Shown here piece after piece: positions 51,849 through 64,000 of a stretch of DNA of 64,000 nt (positions are counted from its first letter, which is position 1; each line of letters starts with the position of its first letter). A model generated the notes under the pieces. The model ran no database searches. It had not been told where the DNA came from and saw nothing but the letters and a program-made list of their open reading frames with translations. Position numbers and translations under genes: made by a program. The stretch is from an uncultured delta proteobacterium (GTDB taxonomy: Bacteria > Desulfobacterota > Binatia > UBA9968), in the NCBI GenBank assembly GCA_963847445.1, contig CAWJZV010000012.1, forward strand, positions 1 through 64,000. Reading direction: 5' to 3'.

Positions 51849-54771
51849 TGCGCATTCCGACCGCGACCTATCGCTTGCAGTTTCACAAAGACTTCGGCTT
51901 TGCCGATGCTACCGGGCTGATCGAGTATCTGCGCGATCTCGGCGTCTCCGATGCTTACGCCTCGCCGATTTTCAAGGCCCGTGCCGGCAGCATGCATGGT
52001 TACGATGTCGTCGATCACAGCCAAATCGATCCGGCACTCGGCGGCGAGGAGGCTTTTGAGGCTTTTGCCGCTGCCTTAAAATGCGCAGGGCTGGGACTTA
52101 TTTTGGATATCGTGCCCAACCACATGGGTATCGGCGAAACCAGCAACGTCTGGTGGATGGATGTGCTTGAGAACGGTCCGAGTTCGAGCTACGCGGCTTA
52201 CTTCGATATCGACTGGCAGCCGGCCAATCCGCAGCTTGAGAACAAAGTGCTGTTGCCGATCCTCGAGGACCAGTACGGCAACGTGCTGGAAGAGGGCAAG
52301 TTCCGGCTGGCCTACGAAGACGGCGCGTTCTTCATTTACCATTACGATGCCAAGTCTGCCGGTGGCGCCGCGCACCTACAGCGCCATTCTGGCGCACAGC
52401 TCGAGGCTTGATCGAAACCCTCGGCAAAGACGCCGCGGCGGTGACTCGAGCTGCAAAGTATTCTAACCGCCATCAGCCATCTGCCGCTGCGCACCGAAGC
52501 CGATCCGGAAAGACTTGAAGAAGCGCCGGCGCGAGAAGGAAATCATCAAACGACGCATCGCGGCGCTCTATCAGGAAAGCGCCGAGGCGAGAAATGCGCT
52601 CGATGCGACGGTGCGACAGTTTAACGGCAATGTCGGCGATCCGCGAGAGCTTCGATCTGCTCGACCAATTGATGGACGCGCAGCCCTATCGCTTGGCGTT
52701 CTGGCGTGTTGCCGGCGACGAGATCAATTACCGGCGATTTTTCGACATCAATGAGTTGGCGGCGATCCGCACGGAAACTCCGGAGGTTTTCCAAGCGACG
52801 CACCGACTCGATTCTTCGACTGGTCAGCGAGGGCAAAGTCAGCGGCTTACGTGTCGATCATCCGGACGGTCTGCGCGATCCGACCGCCTACTTCCGATCA
52901 ACTCCAGCAAAGCCAGTTGGGCCAAGACGTCGACGCGACTCGAGCGGAAACGGAGCCCACGGCCCTTGTACATCGTCGCCGAAAAGATTCTTTCGAAAGG
53001 AGAGCCGTTGCCGGAGGATTGGGCAGTTCGGGCACCACCGGTTACGACTTTCTCAATCAGGTGAACGGTCTGTTTGTGCGCGGCGCCAGCCGCGCGGGCG
53101 TTCGATAAAATCTATTAGCGATTTCATCGGTGAAAAAGCCAGCTATCGAGAGTTGGTGAATTCGCGCAAGAAAATGATCATGCTGGTCTCCCTCGCCAGC
53201 GAAATCAATGCCCTGAGCCACCGGCTCGATGACATTTCCGAGCGCAATCGCCATTACCGCGATTTTACGCTCAATCGGCCTGACCTTCGCGATTCGCGAA
53301 GTGATCGCCTGTCTTTCGGTTTACCGCACCTATGCCGATGCCACGAGGGGTGAAATGTCGGAGCGGGACCGGAAGTATATCGAAGCTGCGGTGGATGAAG
53401 CCAAGAAGACGCAATCCGCGCACGGCGCGGGCGATCTTCGATTTCATCGGCGACTACCCTGGCGCTCAAGAATCTTAGCCGATTCCGCGCCGAGGACCGC
53501 CAATCCGTCATCGACTTTGTCATGAAGTTTCAGCAGCTCACTGGACCGGTGATGGCCAAAGGCGTCGAGGACACGGCTTTTTATGTTTATAATCGTTTGA
53601 TTTCCTTGAACGAAGTGGGCGGCGATCCGGAAGAGTTCGGCATCTCGCTGGAGGCATTTTCACGGGCACAACGAGGCACGGCTCAAACTCTGGCCCCATA
53701 CGATGCTGACAGCTTTCGACCCATGACACCAAGCGCGGCGAGGATGGGCGTTCGCGCATCGACGCGCTTTCCGAGATCGCGCCGGAGTGGCGCGCCGCCC
53801 TGTCGCGCTGGAAACAGATTCAATGAAGCTAACAAGACCCTGGTCAATGGCGAGCCCGTTCCGGATCGCAACGACGAATATCTGTTTTATCAGACGCTGA
53901 TTGGCGCCTGGCCGGCCGGTTCGGCTTGACCGCGAAGAGTTAGCCGAGTTCCGCCAGCGCATCGCCGCGTACATGCAGAAGGCGATCAAGGAAGCGAAGG
54001 TTCACACCAGCTGGGTGAATCCCAACGATGCTTACGATCGCGCCGTGGAAAAATTTGTGGCGCAAGTTCTCGGTCCCGAGAGTGGCGACGAGTTCATGAA
54101 CGACTTCAGTCAGTTTCATGAAGCGGATCGCTTACGTCGGCATGCTCAATTCTCTGGCCCAGACGCTGCTCAAGATGACCTCACCCGGCGTGCCGGACTT
54201 TTTATCAAGGGACGGAGCTCTGGGATCTGAGCCTGGTGGATCCCGATAACCGCCGGCCGGTGGACTATGCCAAGCGAAGAGAGCTTTCTCGATGAACTCA
54301 AGCGAGGGGAGCAAACCGATCGCGCCGGTCTTTTGCGCGATTTGCTTTCTCACTGGCAAGACGGCCGCGTCAAGCAGTATCTGATTTACCGGACTTTGAA
54401 CTTTCGGCGCGAGCACGCGGAGCTGTTTCAACGGGGCAGTTACGTGCCGCTCTTCGCCGCGGGGAAATTCCACGAAAATGTTTGCGCCTTCGCGCGCCGG
54501 TTGGACGACCAGATGGGTCATTGCCATGGCACCGCGGCTCCTGGCGCGAATTTTACCGCCCGGTCCGCCGCCGCTAGGAGAAGCACTTTGGCAGGATGGG
54601 GTGCTACCTTTGCCCCATGGAGCGGCGGACTCTTGGCACAGTATTTTGACCGGCGAGAATGTGTCCGCATGCACAATCAAAGACAAGCAAAAGGGTTTGC
54701 CATTGCAGCAAATCTTCAAAAGCTTTCCCGTGGCGCTGGTGCAGAGCGGCGAATCAGGACCTATTAAATGA
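51848..54771 (+). CDS. treY: Malto-oligosyltrehalose synthase (many frameshifts)
   Basis: [82 protein letters not shown]. Confidence 0.9.
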
Positions 54772-55020
54772 CGACTATCGGTCACGCGCAGAATCGCAAT
54801 AATCGCCGGGCTGATGCTTACGGATGCGCCGCCCGCGCCGCCATCGCGCACTTTAAGATGAGCTGAAAGACAGCGTTATATCAACCCTCGCTGTGGCATA
54901 GCTGAAGATTGAGTCAGATAACCCGATCGCATTACTTCGGTAACGGCGCGCAGGTCCGTCGTTGATTAATCGTGACGCCGAGCCATTCTTGGGGCTGACA
55001 GACTGCAAGCGGAGATGTGC

Positions 55021-55704
55021 ATGGACAGCGGTTTATTTCTATTCGGGCTACTCGTGGCATTGTTCGCCATTTACCGACAAACATGGCGCCGACTCAGGAG
55101 CCCGCAAGCCACGGTCCGAGGCCTGCTGCGAAGTTATCACGCCTTTGCGCGGACCGGCCTGCCGGAGCTGGAATCTTTGCTGCGAGTCTTAAGCAAACGC
55201 AGCGGTTGGAGAAATTTACCGTCCGTCTTCCTCGCCGAGATCATAGCGCGGTTCGGGACCAAGGAAAATGTTTTTCGCTTTGTCTCTCTCGCGGAAAGCT
55301 ACCGCCTCGACCGAACTCAACTGCCGGCGATCGCCGCGAATCGCGACATGGAGACGGCGATGCGCGAAGTCGCCCTCTGGCTGGTCGACTTCGGCAACCG
55401 GCTGCATAAAGAGAATAGCTTTAAACAAGCCGAGTTCGTGCAAAAGCTCGCTCTCAACTTACAGCCCGATCAATATTTTACCAATCTTCCGCTGGCGGCC
55501 ACTTTGTTAAAAATGGAGCGTTACGATGAGGCCGCTGCGCTGTTCAAGGACGGTCTCGTCCAACTGGAAAATTGCGCCGCTGGCGCCGCGTTTCTCGACC
55601 GCTTGGAAACCGGTGCGAATCTCGACGAGGTACGCACGCGCTACCGCGAGATGTCTGACAGTTGTTCGAAAGCTCGTCGGCGTCAGCGGGATTCCGTACC
55701 ATGA
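55021..55704 (+). CDS. Hypothetical membrane-anchored protein with a TPR-like C-terminus
   Basis: N-terminal hydrophobic helix. ALNLQPDQ...LAATLLKMERYDEAAALFKDGL resembles a TPR. Confidence 0.55.
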   Translation: MDSGLFLFGLLVALFAIYRQTWRRLRSPQATVRGLLRSYHAFARTGLPELESLLRVLSKRSGWRNLPSVFLAEIIARFGTKENVFRFVSLAESYRLDRTQLPAIAANRDMETAMREVALWLVDFGNRLHKENSFKQAEFVQKLALNLQPDQYFTNLPLAATLLKMERYDEAAALFKDGLVQLENCAAGAAFLDRLETGANLDEVRTRYREMSDSCSKARRRQRDSVP

Positions 55705-56031
55705 CGGCTTCCGTGCGACCGATGCGCGGGTCGCGCCAGCGACGATCACGAGCCGTGAAGATGATCGAGAACGCGACGATAAATTGGCCTGCAAGCATTT
55801 TCCAGGAAATCCAACCTTCGTCGCGCAAACCATGGACGGCGCGGGTTCGCAGATCGGGGCGAACTATACAATCCCGCTAAGGCCGACGGGCTGACCCTCG
55901 GTTCGGTCATTCCGGCGCTTTACTTCAATCAATTAGCCGGCAAGAAGGAGGCTCAATTCGACTGGTGTAAATTCCAGTCACCCTGGATTCTCCTTTCAAT
56001 CTTCCGTACAAGTAGCGATTCAAAGCGATCG

Positions 56032-56535
56032 CTAGGTGAGCTTACGCGCTTGGGAATCGCCCGCGCCATGTTCAAGCCGGTCATCGATCTCAGCCATCGA
56101 CGCGGCCAGCGAGTTATGGCATTGCTCTATGGACTGACGCAGTTCGCTCTCAAGCCGGTCCAACTTGGCTGACGTTTCTGCTTTGCGAGCTGCTCGGTTT
56201 GCTTGCCGAGGGTCTTGAGCTGAGATTCGAGAAAGGAGCGCAAATCCTGGATGCGCGAGATTTCGGCATGCTCGGCAAGCTCGCGCTGGGAGTGCAGCTC
56301 GCGGGCATGACGCCGGGTCTCGAACAGCACCGAAGACTGCAAATAGACCACGTAGATTAGAAACAAAGCCGCCAACAGGACGACTATCCCTAGTAAAATC
56401 AACCCCAGCGGCGCTTCGACGCTGGCAAAGATCACCGAAAGCGTCGTCGGCGTGGTGAAAGCGCTCCAGTTGAGCCGCGGTAAATAGAGCCAATGCTCCA
56501 AGCGCAAGCACTATCAATAGGGTGCGTAAATACAT
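56032..56535 (-). CDS. LapA-like membrane protein with coiled-coil tail (two compensating frameshifts)
   Basis: Two TMs flanking NWSAFTTPTTLSVIFASVEAPLGLILL, then a helical tail. GGAGG RBS. Confidence 0.65.
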   Translation of the reverse strand: MYLRTLLIVLALGALALFTAAQLERFHHADDAFGDLCQRRSAAGVDFTRDSRPVGGFVSNLRGLFAVFGAVRDPASCPRAALPARACRACRNLAHPGFALLSRISAQDPRQANRAARKAETSAKLDRLESELRQSIEQCHNSLAASMAEIDDRLEHGAGDSQARKLT

Positions 56536-56568
56536 GGTGAACCTCCCAGGGGGAATGTTAGGTTTGGC

Positions 56569-57169
56569 TCAATTCACCTTGGCGCGAATCGTTTGCAGCA
56601 GTTCGGCGAAGGAAGAGCGGCTGAGGATGCGGCCAAACTGCGAGCGATAGTTGTTAACTACACTGACGTTTTCGATGATCACATCGTAGACTTTCCATTC
56701 GACTTCCATCGAGATTGAGCCGGTAATCGATGGTAAATTCTTCGCCTCCATCGTTTATGACTTTGGTGCCGACATCAGCGTAAGCGCCGTCCTGGGATTC
56801 ACTGCGGTAAACAACCCTTTGGCCGCGGTAGGACTCGATGGACTCGATATAGGAATTCTTCAGCAGCTCGGTAAACAGCCGGATGAATTCCTTTTGTTCC
56901 GCAGGTGTCCGGCGGCGCCACTCGGCGCCCAAGGAGCGTTTTGCCATTTCCTCGAAATCGAACCGCGGCAGTATCGCCTTGCTCAACTCCGAGCGCCGCG
57001 CTTCTTTGGCGCCAGGGGAATTCAATGCCGGGTCTTTGAGAATCGTCAGCACGCGATCGACGGTGCCGCGAATCTGCTCGGTTGGAACGCCCGCGCTGCC
57101 ATCTCGAGGTTGAATCAAAGCAACCGTTAAGACTAGAAGACTGAAAATCGTTGTGCGTGTCCCTATCAT
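56569..57169 (-). CDS. MlaC/Ttg2D-like phospholipid-binding protein (frameshift ~56700)
   Basis: FDFEEMAKRSLG, IDYRL, WKVYDVIIENVSVVNNYRSQF. Confidence 0.88.
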
Positions 57170-57265
57170 GGGTGGGAAACTCCTTACGGGTTAATTCACC
57201 GTTTGGTTATTGGGATTCTCTACAGCCTTTTCGCCGAAGCGCTCTCGTGAATGCCTCCACTCAAA

Positions 57266-57282
57266 TACAAGCTCCGTGCCAA
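57266..57282 (-). promoter_or_regulatory. Possible sigma54 promoter for the mlaC-like gene
   Basis: Minus strand TTGGCACG-GAGC-TTGTA versus consensus TGGCACG-N4-TTGCW, ~100 bp upstream of the start. Confidence 0.45.
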
Positions 57283-57706
57283 GCTGACTAAGTAGGCTTA
57301 TCCCGTTTGAACGCAAAAATCGCTAGGAAACCCTCAATATTCCAGATAGGCGGCGCAAAACCATTCGCATCGATGAGAAGGTTCTTTACACCCGTGCACC
57401 ATCGATGTGAACCGTGACGGGCGATAACGAGACGCCCATTTCGTAAGAATTTAGGTGTCATGCGTGAATGTTCCTATTTGAGCGCTAGCGAACGTTATAT
57501 GAGCATTTTGTCGGCCGCGTCGAATTAGCCGGCAATAATCCCCAATAGCCCCTGCTTCGGAACTCTTACACGTTTCCCGGGCGCCGGTCATTTTGGCTTC
57601 TCGATGAATTGTAACTGGAATTAGCTTCCGCGCTTGTTAAGATAATATGCTCAAGTTGTTGCGTGGATAGCGATGCCTTCAATTTGTCCCGATTTCGAGA
57701 TGCCGC

Positions 57707-59548
57707 ATGATAGGCGTGAAAACATTTTCTGCAATCGTATTTCTTATAGCAGGCGGTCTGATTTACGCGAATCCGGCTTATTCGGTTACGGTCGACGCTC
57801 TCGACGCGTCCAAAGATTGGCGCGTCGAAAAAATCAATCTGTCGGGTCTGAAGCGTTTCACAGAGGGTGAAATGCGCGACGAGATCTTGACCAAGGAACG
57901 GCCTTGGTACCGATTCTGGGGCGAGCGTCCCGCTTTCGAGCCGGTAACTTTCGAACACGACCTTGAGCGGCTACGGCGTTATTACGAGGCGCGCGGTTAT
58001 TACGACACGGTCATCGAGCATGATCTCTTAGTCGACGAAGACACGACTCGCGTCACCGTGGAGATTCGCTTCAAGGAAACCTTACCCGTCGTCATCTCCC
58101 AGATCGATGTGGCGGTGATCAGCGAGCTGCCGCCAGCCGAGCGACCGCCCTTGCCGGAATCCTTGCCGGTCAAGCGCGGCGAGGTGTTTGCAGAAGCCGC
58201 GTACCAAGAGGCGGAACAAGCACTGCGCGGCGTGTTTTCGCGCCAAGGATTTGCCCATGTTGAGAGCTCGCGCAAAGCCGAAATCCGCATCGATGAGCGC
58301 GAGGTCGATATCGGCTATACGATCAAGCCTGGGCCGCCGACGATTTTCGGCGCAACCGATATTCTCGGTGCCGACAGCGTCAATCCAAGTCTGATTCAGC
58401 GCGAGCTCGCCTACGGAGCTGGCGAGAAATTTTCTTCCGAAAAGGTCGCCGAGACGCGGGCCAAGCTGCTTGGCCTCGACCTTTTCAGCAGTGTGCGCAT
58501 CGGCCCGAAGCAAACCGCCGGACAACCGGCAGTGGTGCCGATGGAGGTGGAAGTAGCTGAAAAGCCCCATCGGGAAGTTCGCATGGCGGTGGGTTATAGC
58601 ACCGAAGAGGAGTTTCGCGCCCAGGCGCAGTGGCGTCATCTCAATTGGTTGGGCGGCGGGCGGCAGCTCTCGCTCCAGGCCAAGTACTCTTCGATCACCA
58701 TGGGGGCCGCGGCGGATTTGGTGCAGCCGCATTTCTTCACGCCGCGAACCAAGGGTGTGCTGAGTTTTAAACTAGACCGAGAAGAAGAACAAACCTACTT
58801 GCGCACTATGACGCGCTTTATGCCGCGCGTCGATCACCAGTTCACCTCAGCCCTGAGCGGCTTTATCGGCTACCGGTTGGAGTACGATACATTAAAAGAT
58901 ATCGCGGCGGCGACGGAGCGGGCGCTGGGTGATATTAAACGAGAGGGCCTGGTATCGGGACCGGCCATGGGTTTGGTCTGGAACACCACCGACAACCCAT
59001 TTTATCCGAAGAAAGGCGAAATCCTGTCGTTGACATTAGAACAGGCCGGTGTGATCTGGGGCGGAGCTTATAAATTTTTCAAGATCACCGGCGAGGCGAA
59101 AAAATATTACGAGATCGGCTGGGAAACGATTCTAGCCAGCCGATTGAAGGTGGGCTTGGGCGATGCGATCGGTGCCGAGGACGGTTATCCCCTGTTCGAG
59201 CGATACTACGCCGGCGGCGAGAAAAGTGTTCGAGGCTACGGCCGGCGCCGCCTCGGGCCGATCACCGACAGCAACGATCCGTTGGGCGGCTTGAGTTTGC
59301 TTGAAGGGTCTATAGAACTGCGCCGGCCCATTTGGCGCGAGCTCGGCGGCGCCCTATTCGTCGATTTTGGCCAAGTAGCGCCGCGGCCCTTCGATGTACG
59401 GATCGCCAATCTAAATTTCTCGGCGGGTTTTGGCTTGAGCTACACCACGCCGGTGGGGCCGGTGCGTCTCGATATCGGTTTCCCTTTTCAAAAACCGCCC
59501 AAGGACCAGCCTTGGCAAATTCATTTCAGCATCGGCGCGTTCTTTTAA
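57707..59548 (+). CDS. Omp85 family outer-membrane protein (TamA-like)
   Basis: POTRA-like repeats, YAGGEKSVRGY, GPVRLDIG, C-terminal SIGAFF. Confidence 0.9.
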   Translation: MIGVKTFSAIVFLIAGGLIYANPAYSVTVDALDASKDWRVEKINLSGLKRFTEGEMRDEILTKERPWYRFWGERPAFEPVTFEHDLERLRRYYEARGYYDTVIEHDLLVDEDTTRVTVEIRFKETLPVVISQIDVAVISELPPAERPPLPESLPVKRGEVFAEAAYQEAEQALRGVFSRQGFAHVESSRKAEIRIDEREVDIGYTIKPGPPTIFGATDILGADSVNPSLIQRELAYGAGEKFSSEKVAETRAKLLGLDLFSSVRIGPKQTAGQPAVVPMEVEVAEKPHREVRMAVGYSTEEEFRAQAQWRHLNWLGGGRQLSLQAKYSSITMGAAADLVQPHFFTPRTKGVLSFKLDREEEQTYLRTMTRFMPRVDHQFTSALSGFIGYRLEYDTLKDIAAATERALGDIKREGLVSGPAMGLVWNTTDNPFYPKKGEILSLTLEQAGVIWGGAYKFFKITGEAKKYYEIGWETILASRLKVGLGDAIGAEDGYPLFERYYAGGEKSVRGYGRRRLGPITDSNDPLGGLSLLEGSIELRRPIWRELGGALFVDFGQVAPRPFDVRIANLNFSAGFGLSYTTPVGPVRLDIGFPFQKPPKDQPWQIHFSIGAFF

Positions 59549-59550
59549 GG

Positions 59551-62500
59551 ATGAAGATGATGTTCCGTTATTTGCGCTGGATCGGCCTTGGGATTGGGCT
59601 GGTGCTTTTGCTGATCGCCGTCGGTCTCGGCGTCTACTCGAACACGGAAGGGTTTCGCCGCCTGGTTCGCGAACAGCTCGTCGCGGCGATCAATAGCTCT
59701 ATTCGCGGCACCGTCACGCTGGAGCGGATCGAAGGATCGGTTTGGGGCGATGTGACCCTCCACGATGTCCGGCTGCGCTACCAAGATTTCGATATCGTGC
59801 GGATTGCCCGACTCAAACTCTCCTATGCGTTGTTGCCATTGGTCTTCGGCCGTTTGCAAATCGCCCGCGCTGAGGCGGCGGAGCCAGCGGTACAGATCGT
59901 GCGCGACGAGCAGGGGCGCTGGAATATCGCCGAAGCGCTGTCTTCGGATGACACGAGCGAGTCGCAATTCGCCGTGGTGCTGAGCTCGTTGGCGCTGCGC
60001 CAGGGCGCTCTCGATCTGCGCATATTGGGAACCGAGCCGCAAGAATATCGCTTGCGCAATGTCCTGCTGGATGGACGGCTGACCGTTGATCCCAAGGGCG
60101 TTGTTTTTGACGCAGACGAAATTAGCGCTCGCTTGCAGTCGAAAACATTACCGGAGTTGGGTCTGAAGGGTTCGCTCGCTTACCTCGACGCCGGTTCGCC
60201 GCCGATTGTGAAAGTTCATGGTTTGGTGCTTGAATCGGCGGCGTCACATTTGCAATTAAGCGGCGACGTGACCGATTTCGACAAACCGAAAATCGCCGCC
60301 AAGCTAGCCATCGACAAGCTCGGCGCGGCGGATATTGTCCGCTTCGCTCCGGACTGGCCGGTCAAACAGAGCCTTGCCGGCACCATCGCCGCAAACGGGC
60401 CGCTGGAAGCACTAACGGTTGCCTTGGATATTGGCCAGGCGGGGGCTAAGGCGACGGGCAATTTTATCATCGATGCCACCGCGCCGGCGCCGCGTTTTCG
60501 CGGAACGATCAAGCTCGCGGGTGTCGATGCGCGAACCTGGCTGGCGTCGGACCAGGGAGTCGCCGGAGTTCTCGACGGCAGCGCCGAAGTTACGGGAGTG
60601 GGAGTTGACCTCGCTCAACTGGCGGGCGCTGGCAACTTCAATATTCGCGCGGCGGAAGTAAAGGGTTGGAAGTTGGGCGATCTGCGCCTGCAAACTAAAC
60701 TGCACGAAAGCACCGCGCTCTTGAGCGGCGATCTCACAGGCGCGCTCGGCGGCGCCGAATGGCGCGGCAACGTCACGTTAAGCCAAGTGCCGCGTTACGA
60801 ATTTGACTTCGCGGTTAAAAATCTCGACATCGCAAAAGTTTCCGCGGAAGGAAAATCCCTCGGCGGTGTGCTCAATTTAAAAGGAGCCGTCAAGGGTTCC
60901 GGCCTGACGCTTGCGCAGCTGAGCGGGCAGACCAATCTGGAAATTCTGCCGTCGTCCATCGGCTCGGTGAACTTACGCAAGGGTGAGCTGGTTGCGGCTC
61001 TCGCCGGTGGCAGAATTCGCATCGCCCGCGGATCGCTCAGCACGGCCGACTCATCGCTTGCGGTAAAAGGCGATATCGGCGTGGATCTCGCCCAGCAAGG
61101 CAAGCTCGATTACGAGCTGCGCAGCGAGAATATCTCGCCTTGGCTCGCGCTTGCCGGTGAGTCGGGGAGCGGCTCGCTCACGCTTGCGGGTAGCGCGCAA
61201 GGCAATCTTACCGAGTTGAAATCCCGCGGCGCGCTGAAAGTGGCTAACCTAGGCTACGGCAAATTGGCGGTAAAGAGCGGCGCTGTTGATTTCAATCTCG
61301 CACGGACGGCGCAACAGCCGATTCCCAGCGGCGATGTCGCAGCGCGCTTGTCGGGGGTGCAAGCCGGCGTCGAGTTACAAAAGCTCGATGCTACGGCGAA
61401 GCTCGGAACGGCATCGCGCTCAGCCCGTATCGATGTTAAAGCGCAGGATGGGTCGGGGCGGATTCATACGCTTCAGAGCGCTATCGATTACAGCCAAGCC
61501 GAAATCATCGCGACATTGAGCCAGGCCAGTTTCAGCTTGCCGGACGGCATGTGGAACCTGGCAGCGCCGGCGACGCTGAGCAAACGCGGCGAAACTTTCA
61601 ACGTTCAAAATCTCACCTTGCGCAACGGTGCCAAAGCCGCGGCGCTGAACGGCCACCTCGCCATGACCGGGACTCAGGGGTTGAACCTGACCGTCGATAG
61701 GTTTCCGCTCGAAGGGCTGGCGACGTTCTTTTCCGAAGCAACCGCCGATGACTGGACTGGTGGCGCTGCGCGCTCAGGTCGGCGGCACGGCGGCGGCGCC
61801 GGAGATCACAGGGACGATTAATTTGACCGATGCGAAAATCGGCGGGCAAAGCTATGCCGGCCTGGTCGCCGATCTCAGTTATCGAGAACGACAGGCAAAT
61901 CTAAATCTCACGGTGCGCCAAGATGCTACGCACACGCTCACCGCCACCGGCCGGTTACCTTTGTTGGTGAGTTGGCATGACGGATGGCGCTCGGACATCA
62001 CCGGCGACATGGAGCTGCGCGTCCAATCCGCCGGTCTGAGCCTGGCGTTTCTCAACGCCTACACGGCAAAGACCGTCAGCGACCTGGGTGGCGAGATCAG
62101 TGTCGATTTGACCGCGCGCGGCCGGCCGGCGGCGCCAGCGCTAAGCGGCTCGTTTCGTCTGCGCGATGGCAAGCTCAAGGCAACACTGCTCAATGTGCCG
62201 GTTGATTCGGTTACCGCCGAGGGCAGCTTCGATGACGCGCGTGATCCGCATTCAAAAGCTCTCGGCGCGCGCCAACGACGGAACCTTCAGCGGCAGCGGC
62301 CTGCTGACGTTGCAGAACTATCAAATCGATAATTTCAAACTGTCCCTGGCCGCGCGCCGCTGGCCGGCGATCGATACCCGGCGCTATCGCGCGCAGATTG
62401 GCGGCGCCGTTGAAATCGACGGCTCACCGGCGGCGCCAAGGATCACGGGTAAGGTCGACGTCACGGAGGCCGATTTGCGGCCGGATCTCGCTTTCCTCGA

Positions 62501-63338
62501 ACGAAGCTCAACCGCGGTTAAACGCGATGCGACGATCGTGGTCGTGAACCGGGACGGTAGCGAGCGGGTAGCGCCGGTGAGAACAAGCTCAAATAATGGA
62601 TTCGGCGAAAGCGAGCTATTCAAAGCGCTCACGTTGGATCTGACGCTACGCATGCCGAATAATGTCCGCGTCAGGCATGCCGACGCATCGGCGGAGCTTC
62701 GAGGCAATATTCACGCGACGAAAAAACCCGGCCAGGCTCTGCAACTCGTCGGCAACAGTGAAATCATTCGTGGCTGGGCCACCTTCCAAGGCCGGCGTTT
62801 CGATATCGTTCGCGGCGATATCGAATTCATTGGCGGCGGCAAGATCGACCCTGCTCTGGACATCCTGGCACAGCACCGTCTACCGCAGTACACGGTCGAG
62901 GCGCTGGTCGGCGGCACGGTTGAAAAACCCTCGCTGGTGCTGCGCAGCGATCCGATCCTGGATCAGTCGGATATCCTCGCGCTCTTGGTATTCGGCAAAC
63001 CGACCAAGGATCTTAACAGCAGCGAGCAAGTTTCGCTCAAGCAAAGTGCCCTGGATGTGTCCACCGGTTTCGCCGCGGCGAACATGGGTGCCGCCATCGC
63101 GGAAGCCCTCGGTCTGGAGAGCTTGGGTGTAGGCGACATTAATTTTACCGGCGGCCGCGTCGGCTTGGGCCGTTATCTCGGCCGCCGCACCTACGTTACG
63201 GTCAATCAGGAGTTGGCCGGCGAGCGCGGTCAACAGGCCTCGGTGGAGGTTCAATTAGCGCCGGATTGGAAGATCGGTTCGTCGACGAGCACCAAGGGTG
63301 CGAGCGAAGTCGAAATCATTTGGCATAAACGATATTAG
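59551..63338 (+). CDS. TamB/AsmA-like translocation and assembly module protein (frameshifts ~61740, ~62240)
   Basis: N-terminal TM, long beta-rich body, C-terminal SDPILDQSDILALLVFG...WHKRY. Directly follows the Omp85 gene. Confidence 0.85.
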
Positions 63339-63516
63339 CGAACGATAATTTCCCAGTCGTCATTGCGCTGGATTGGTTTGCCGTTCGCTCATGACTGATA
63401 CCAGTGGGTCATTTAAGACCTTGGAGCTTCAGGAATTGCGCCAACTCGTATTGAAGCAAGTCGCCAATGCCATCGAGGCGATGACGATTATCTTCACGGT
63501 TTTCTCCATTGACGCT

Positions 63517-64000
63517 TCATGATGTTTGTGTCGCGGCGGCAGGCCGCTCGCCTTTCTCGCTGGCGCGTTTGACCTGATGCGCGGGAATGGATAGCAGACG
63601 GGCGGTGTTGATCAGCGCCATGTGCGTCAGCGCCTGCGGAAAGTTTCCGAGCATGCGCCGCTCACGGGTATCGTATTCCTCCGACAGCAATCCAAGATCG
63701 TTGCTCAATGCCAGCAAGCGCTCGAACAACGCCTCGCCTTCTTCGACGGCGCCCCGTCAATACCAGGCTGTCGGCAAGCCAGAACGAACAAGGCAGAAAC
63801 GCGCCTTCGCCCGGCGGCAATGCGTCGACATCGGTTGCGGTCGAATAGCGCAGCACCAGTCCATCAACGACGAGGTCGCGCTCGATGGCATTGACCGTGC
63901 CGCGCACGCGCGGATCGTCGGGCGGCAGGAAACCGACCTGAGGAATCAAGAGCAGGCTGGCGTCGAGATGCGGCGAGCCGTAGGACTGTACGAAAGCATT
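63517..64000 (-). CDS. Glycoside hydrolase family 15, C-terminal part (frameshift ~63750)
   Basis: LDASLL, PPDDPR, EGAFLPCSFW, NDLGLLSEEYD, GNFPQALTH. Confidence 0.9.

Noticed and set aside
42106-54771. Programmed frameshifting or phase variation
   Set aside because: Indels are scattered, have no shared slippery motif and hit unrelated genes, which fits sequencing error better.

Overview
GC-rich bacterial DNA with many single-base frameshifts, probably a long-read MAG. The expanded SBP, Rieske, bicupin and TctC families suggest a Candidatus Binatia/Binatota-like organism (inference only). Layout: (1) 1-5.9 kb: toxin-antitoxin genes and relics, a DUF5678-like/retropepsin fusion and a three-subunit molybdenum hydroxylase. 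(2) 6-32 kb, all + strand: a large aromatic-acid catabolism/uptake cluster. It holds three phthalate-dioxygenase-type Rieske oxygenases, two bicupins, a UbiD decarboxylase, a dihydrodiol-dehydrogenase-like enzyme, a 4,5-dihydroxyphthalate-decarboxylase-like gene, six paralogous solute-binding proteins (four with an aligned CxxC) and one ABC permease/ATPase pair, interrupted by four ABC_sub_bind-family genes. (3) 32-42 kb: MFS, three TctC/Bug proteins, VOC protein, FMN hydroxy-acid oxidase, lemA-htpX and a CdaA-YbbR diadenylate cyclase. (4) 42-55 kb: glgE-treS/mak-glgB-treZ-(glgX stub)-treY. (5) 55-64 kb: LapA-like, MlaC-like, TamA/TamB and the end of a GH15 gene. Intergenic spacers in the first 38 kb carry several REP-like and heptamer repeat families, plus a ~25 bp element repeatedly nested inside other repeats. 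No rRNA, tRNA, CRISPR array or transposase was recognised. All family assignments are from motif recognition by eye, not database searches.
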